Shown here: positions 62,421 to 64,000 of the stretch, one piece after another
Layout of the letters: the number at the start of each line of letters is the position of its first letter
Numbering within the stretch: position 1 is the first letter of the stretch
Assembly (NCBI GenBank): GCA_013239625.1
Contig: MU054338.1
Location: forward strand, 3,371,371 to 3,435,370
Reading direction: 5' to 3'
DNA: 64,000 nucleotides
From: Lama guanicoe
Lineage: Eukaryota
Program-made: the position numbers and the translations under genes
The notes under the pieces: model-generated
What the model was told of the DNA's origin: nothing
The model's input: the letters and a program-made list of their open reading frames with translations, nothing else
The model's database searches: none

Positions 62421-62540
62421 CTTGTGCAGGGAGAAGGTCCGCACACAGAACGTGGCCAGCTCGATGGTGTCCAGCAGCGTGACCTGGATGAAGCCGTAGG
62501 TCTCCGTGCCCCTGTTGGGCCAGTACTGATCACATTTGAT
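62421..62540 (-). CDS. PTPRS: PTPRS coding exon (D1)
   Basis: [40 protein letters not shown]; donor gtaggg. Confidence 0.96.
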
Positions 62541-62620
62541 CTGGACCGGGCGAGAGAACGGACGTGAGCGTGGGCACGGGGCTGGCCAGGGGCTTGGGGG
62601 CTACAGGGTCCAGGCCTCAC

Positions 62621-62796
62621 CCGTGATTTCTCCTCTAGCCGTGTCATCATGACAATGGTAGCGGAGCGCTGCTCCCACACCATACGCCAGAAGTCACCGA
62701 AGGTCTCGGGCAACGGCCCCTGTGTGGCGATGTAGGCGTTCTGCCGCCGGTAGCCATCCACGTAGTTGGCGTTGATGTAATCGCTGCCCACGATGC
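62621..62796 (-). CDS. PTPRS: PTPRS coding exon (D1)
   Basis: [59 protein letters not shown]; donor gtgagg. Confidence 0.96.
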
Positions 62797-62933
62797 CTGC
62801 GGCCGGGGTGAGAGGCCAGAGATCACTGGGGGCACTCTGTCCTCCTGGGCTGGTTCCACCAGGCCCACCACTTCCTGGAAGCCCTCCTGGACTGCTCCAA
62901 TCTGTCCCCAAGGGTATCGTGGAGTGTATGCTT

Positions 62934-63144
62934 CATGGTTTCTCCCCCTTAGCACTACTGCCACTGGAGGCCAGAGCGTTCTGTGACCTATGGGGACCAT
63001 CCTGTCCACTGTAGGGTATTGAGCTGCATCCTTGGCCTCTACCCTCTCACGAACACCCCACCCCTTCTTCCAAGTTGTAGCAATAAAAATGTTATCAGAC
63101 ACTATCAAATGTCCCAACTGGTGGAATTACTCTGAGAACCACTG
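62934..63144. mobile_element. MER20-like hAT DNA transposon
   Basis: catggtttctc...gagaaccactg termini; internal aaaaatgttatcagacactatcaaatgtccc. Confidence 0.78.
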
Positions 63145-63386
63145 ATGTACAGGAACAGATAGAAAAATGGAATGGACAGCGGCCATCAGTTAAATACATA
63201 TCTAAAAACTCCTGGTGGCTGCTGGCCGGAGCTGGCCAGGCCTGTGACCAGACTCAGGCCTGTTTCCCCACCAGCCCCCGAGCCAGTCCACTCTGGCCTC
63301 GCCCTGTGGCCAAGAGGCGGCCTGGGGTCTACGAGCTCTCTGTGGAATGAGGAAGGGCGGGATGGAGGCTGGGCCCTGCGCGCTAC

Positions 63387-63510
63387 CTTCGATGGGCTGG
63401 AGGATGACGCGAGAGTGGTCGTAGGCGATGACGTTGGCGTAGCGGTTCTTGGGCTTGTTCACCTCCAGGTTGGAGTGTTCCCACGTGAACTGCTGGCCCG
63501 GGTCGATGGA
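63387..63510 (-). CDS. PTPRS: PTPRS coding exon (D1, KNRY motif)
   Basis: [41 protein letters not shown]; cag| ... G|gtagcg. Confidence 0.96.
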
Positions 63511-63585
63511 CTGCGGGCAAGGGGAGGTGGAGGGTGTCAAGATGGGGCTTCTGCAGGCTCAGGAGGGTGGGGGGGAACAGCTCAC

Positions 63586-63683
63586 CTCATACTCCTGGGA
63601 GAGCTTGAGGCTGTCGTTGGCCTTGAGGCGTTCCGTGTGCTCCGCCATGTCCGCGATGGGGATGGGTGGGTGGCTGAGCATGC
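63586..63683 (-). CDS. PTPRS: PTPRS coding exon (juxtamembrane/wedge region); first of 12 exons in window
   Basis: Minus strand cccgcag|GC ATG ... GAG|gtgagc. [32 protein letters not shown]. Phase 1 to 0. Confidence 0.95.
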
Positions 63684-64000
63684 CTGCGGGCAGAGCAGAC
63701 CCGACGGCGGCCGGTCACTCGGGGGCCAGCCCTGGGGCCAGGGGATGAGGGGTGCTCTACAGTGTGAGTCTGCGATGGACGAGCCGTGGTTAGAGGGAGT
63801 GGCAGGGGGCGGGGACCCCAGGCCTGTGGGTCTGGAGGAGCAGCATAGGGGCTGCAGCCCCTGGCTGAGCCCTGCTCCCAGGGCTTCCCCTCCCCAGTCC
63901 CCCTCCACCAGTTGGGGACGCAGGGGCTGGGAAAGGGTCGCCCTGCAGGACTTCAAGCTCCTAGTGCCTCGTGGCAAGAAGCAGGCAGGTGACACAGAAA

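Noticed and set aside
63684..63769. Alternative PTPRS acceptor giving DSHCRAPL, loosely like the human DSGLRSPL mini-exon
   Set aside because: Use would add 86 nt and frameshift the next exon, no suitable donor is evident, and the similarity is too short to trust.

Overview
Mammalian genomic DNA, probably camelid: there are three copies of a tRNA-Ala-derived SINE resembling the camelid family. Two genes converge tail-to-tail. On + are the last 12 coding exons of the histone demethylase KDM4B (3589-17614: Pro-rich linker, PHD/zinc-knuckle/PHD, double Tudor; 3'UTR to about 19.3 kb). On - are the last 12 coding exons of the receptor tyrosine phosphatase PTPRS (63683-55907: tandem D1 and D2 PTP domains; 3'UTR to about 54.8 kb). 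Every in-window intron has GT-AG ends and the exon phases join into open frames. The roughly 35 kb between the genes is mostly decayed transposons (L1, L2, MIR, MaLR/ERV LTRs, hAT elements). Nearly all long ORFs in the supplied track are GC-rich noise. No new protein-coding system was found. The most unusual signals are non-coding: (1) ancient repeats that look locally homogenised (L2 copies with a CTCF-like motif, L1 3' ends sharing a 33-nt identity, three MER20 copies each followed by the same 24-nt tail); (2) a templated inverted insertion forming a perfect 30-bp-arm hairpin; (3) an orphan CpG island apparently built on an old L1 5' end; (4) a strongly GC-shifted hAT remnant; (5) a MER41-like solo LTR with GAS and YY1 motifs. 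Repeat family names are from recalled consensus sequences, not a database search.
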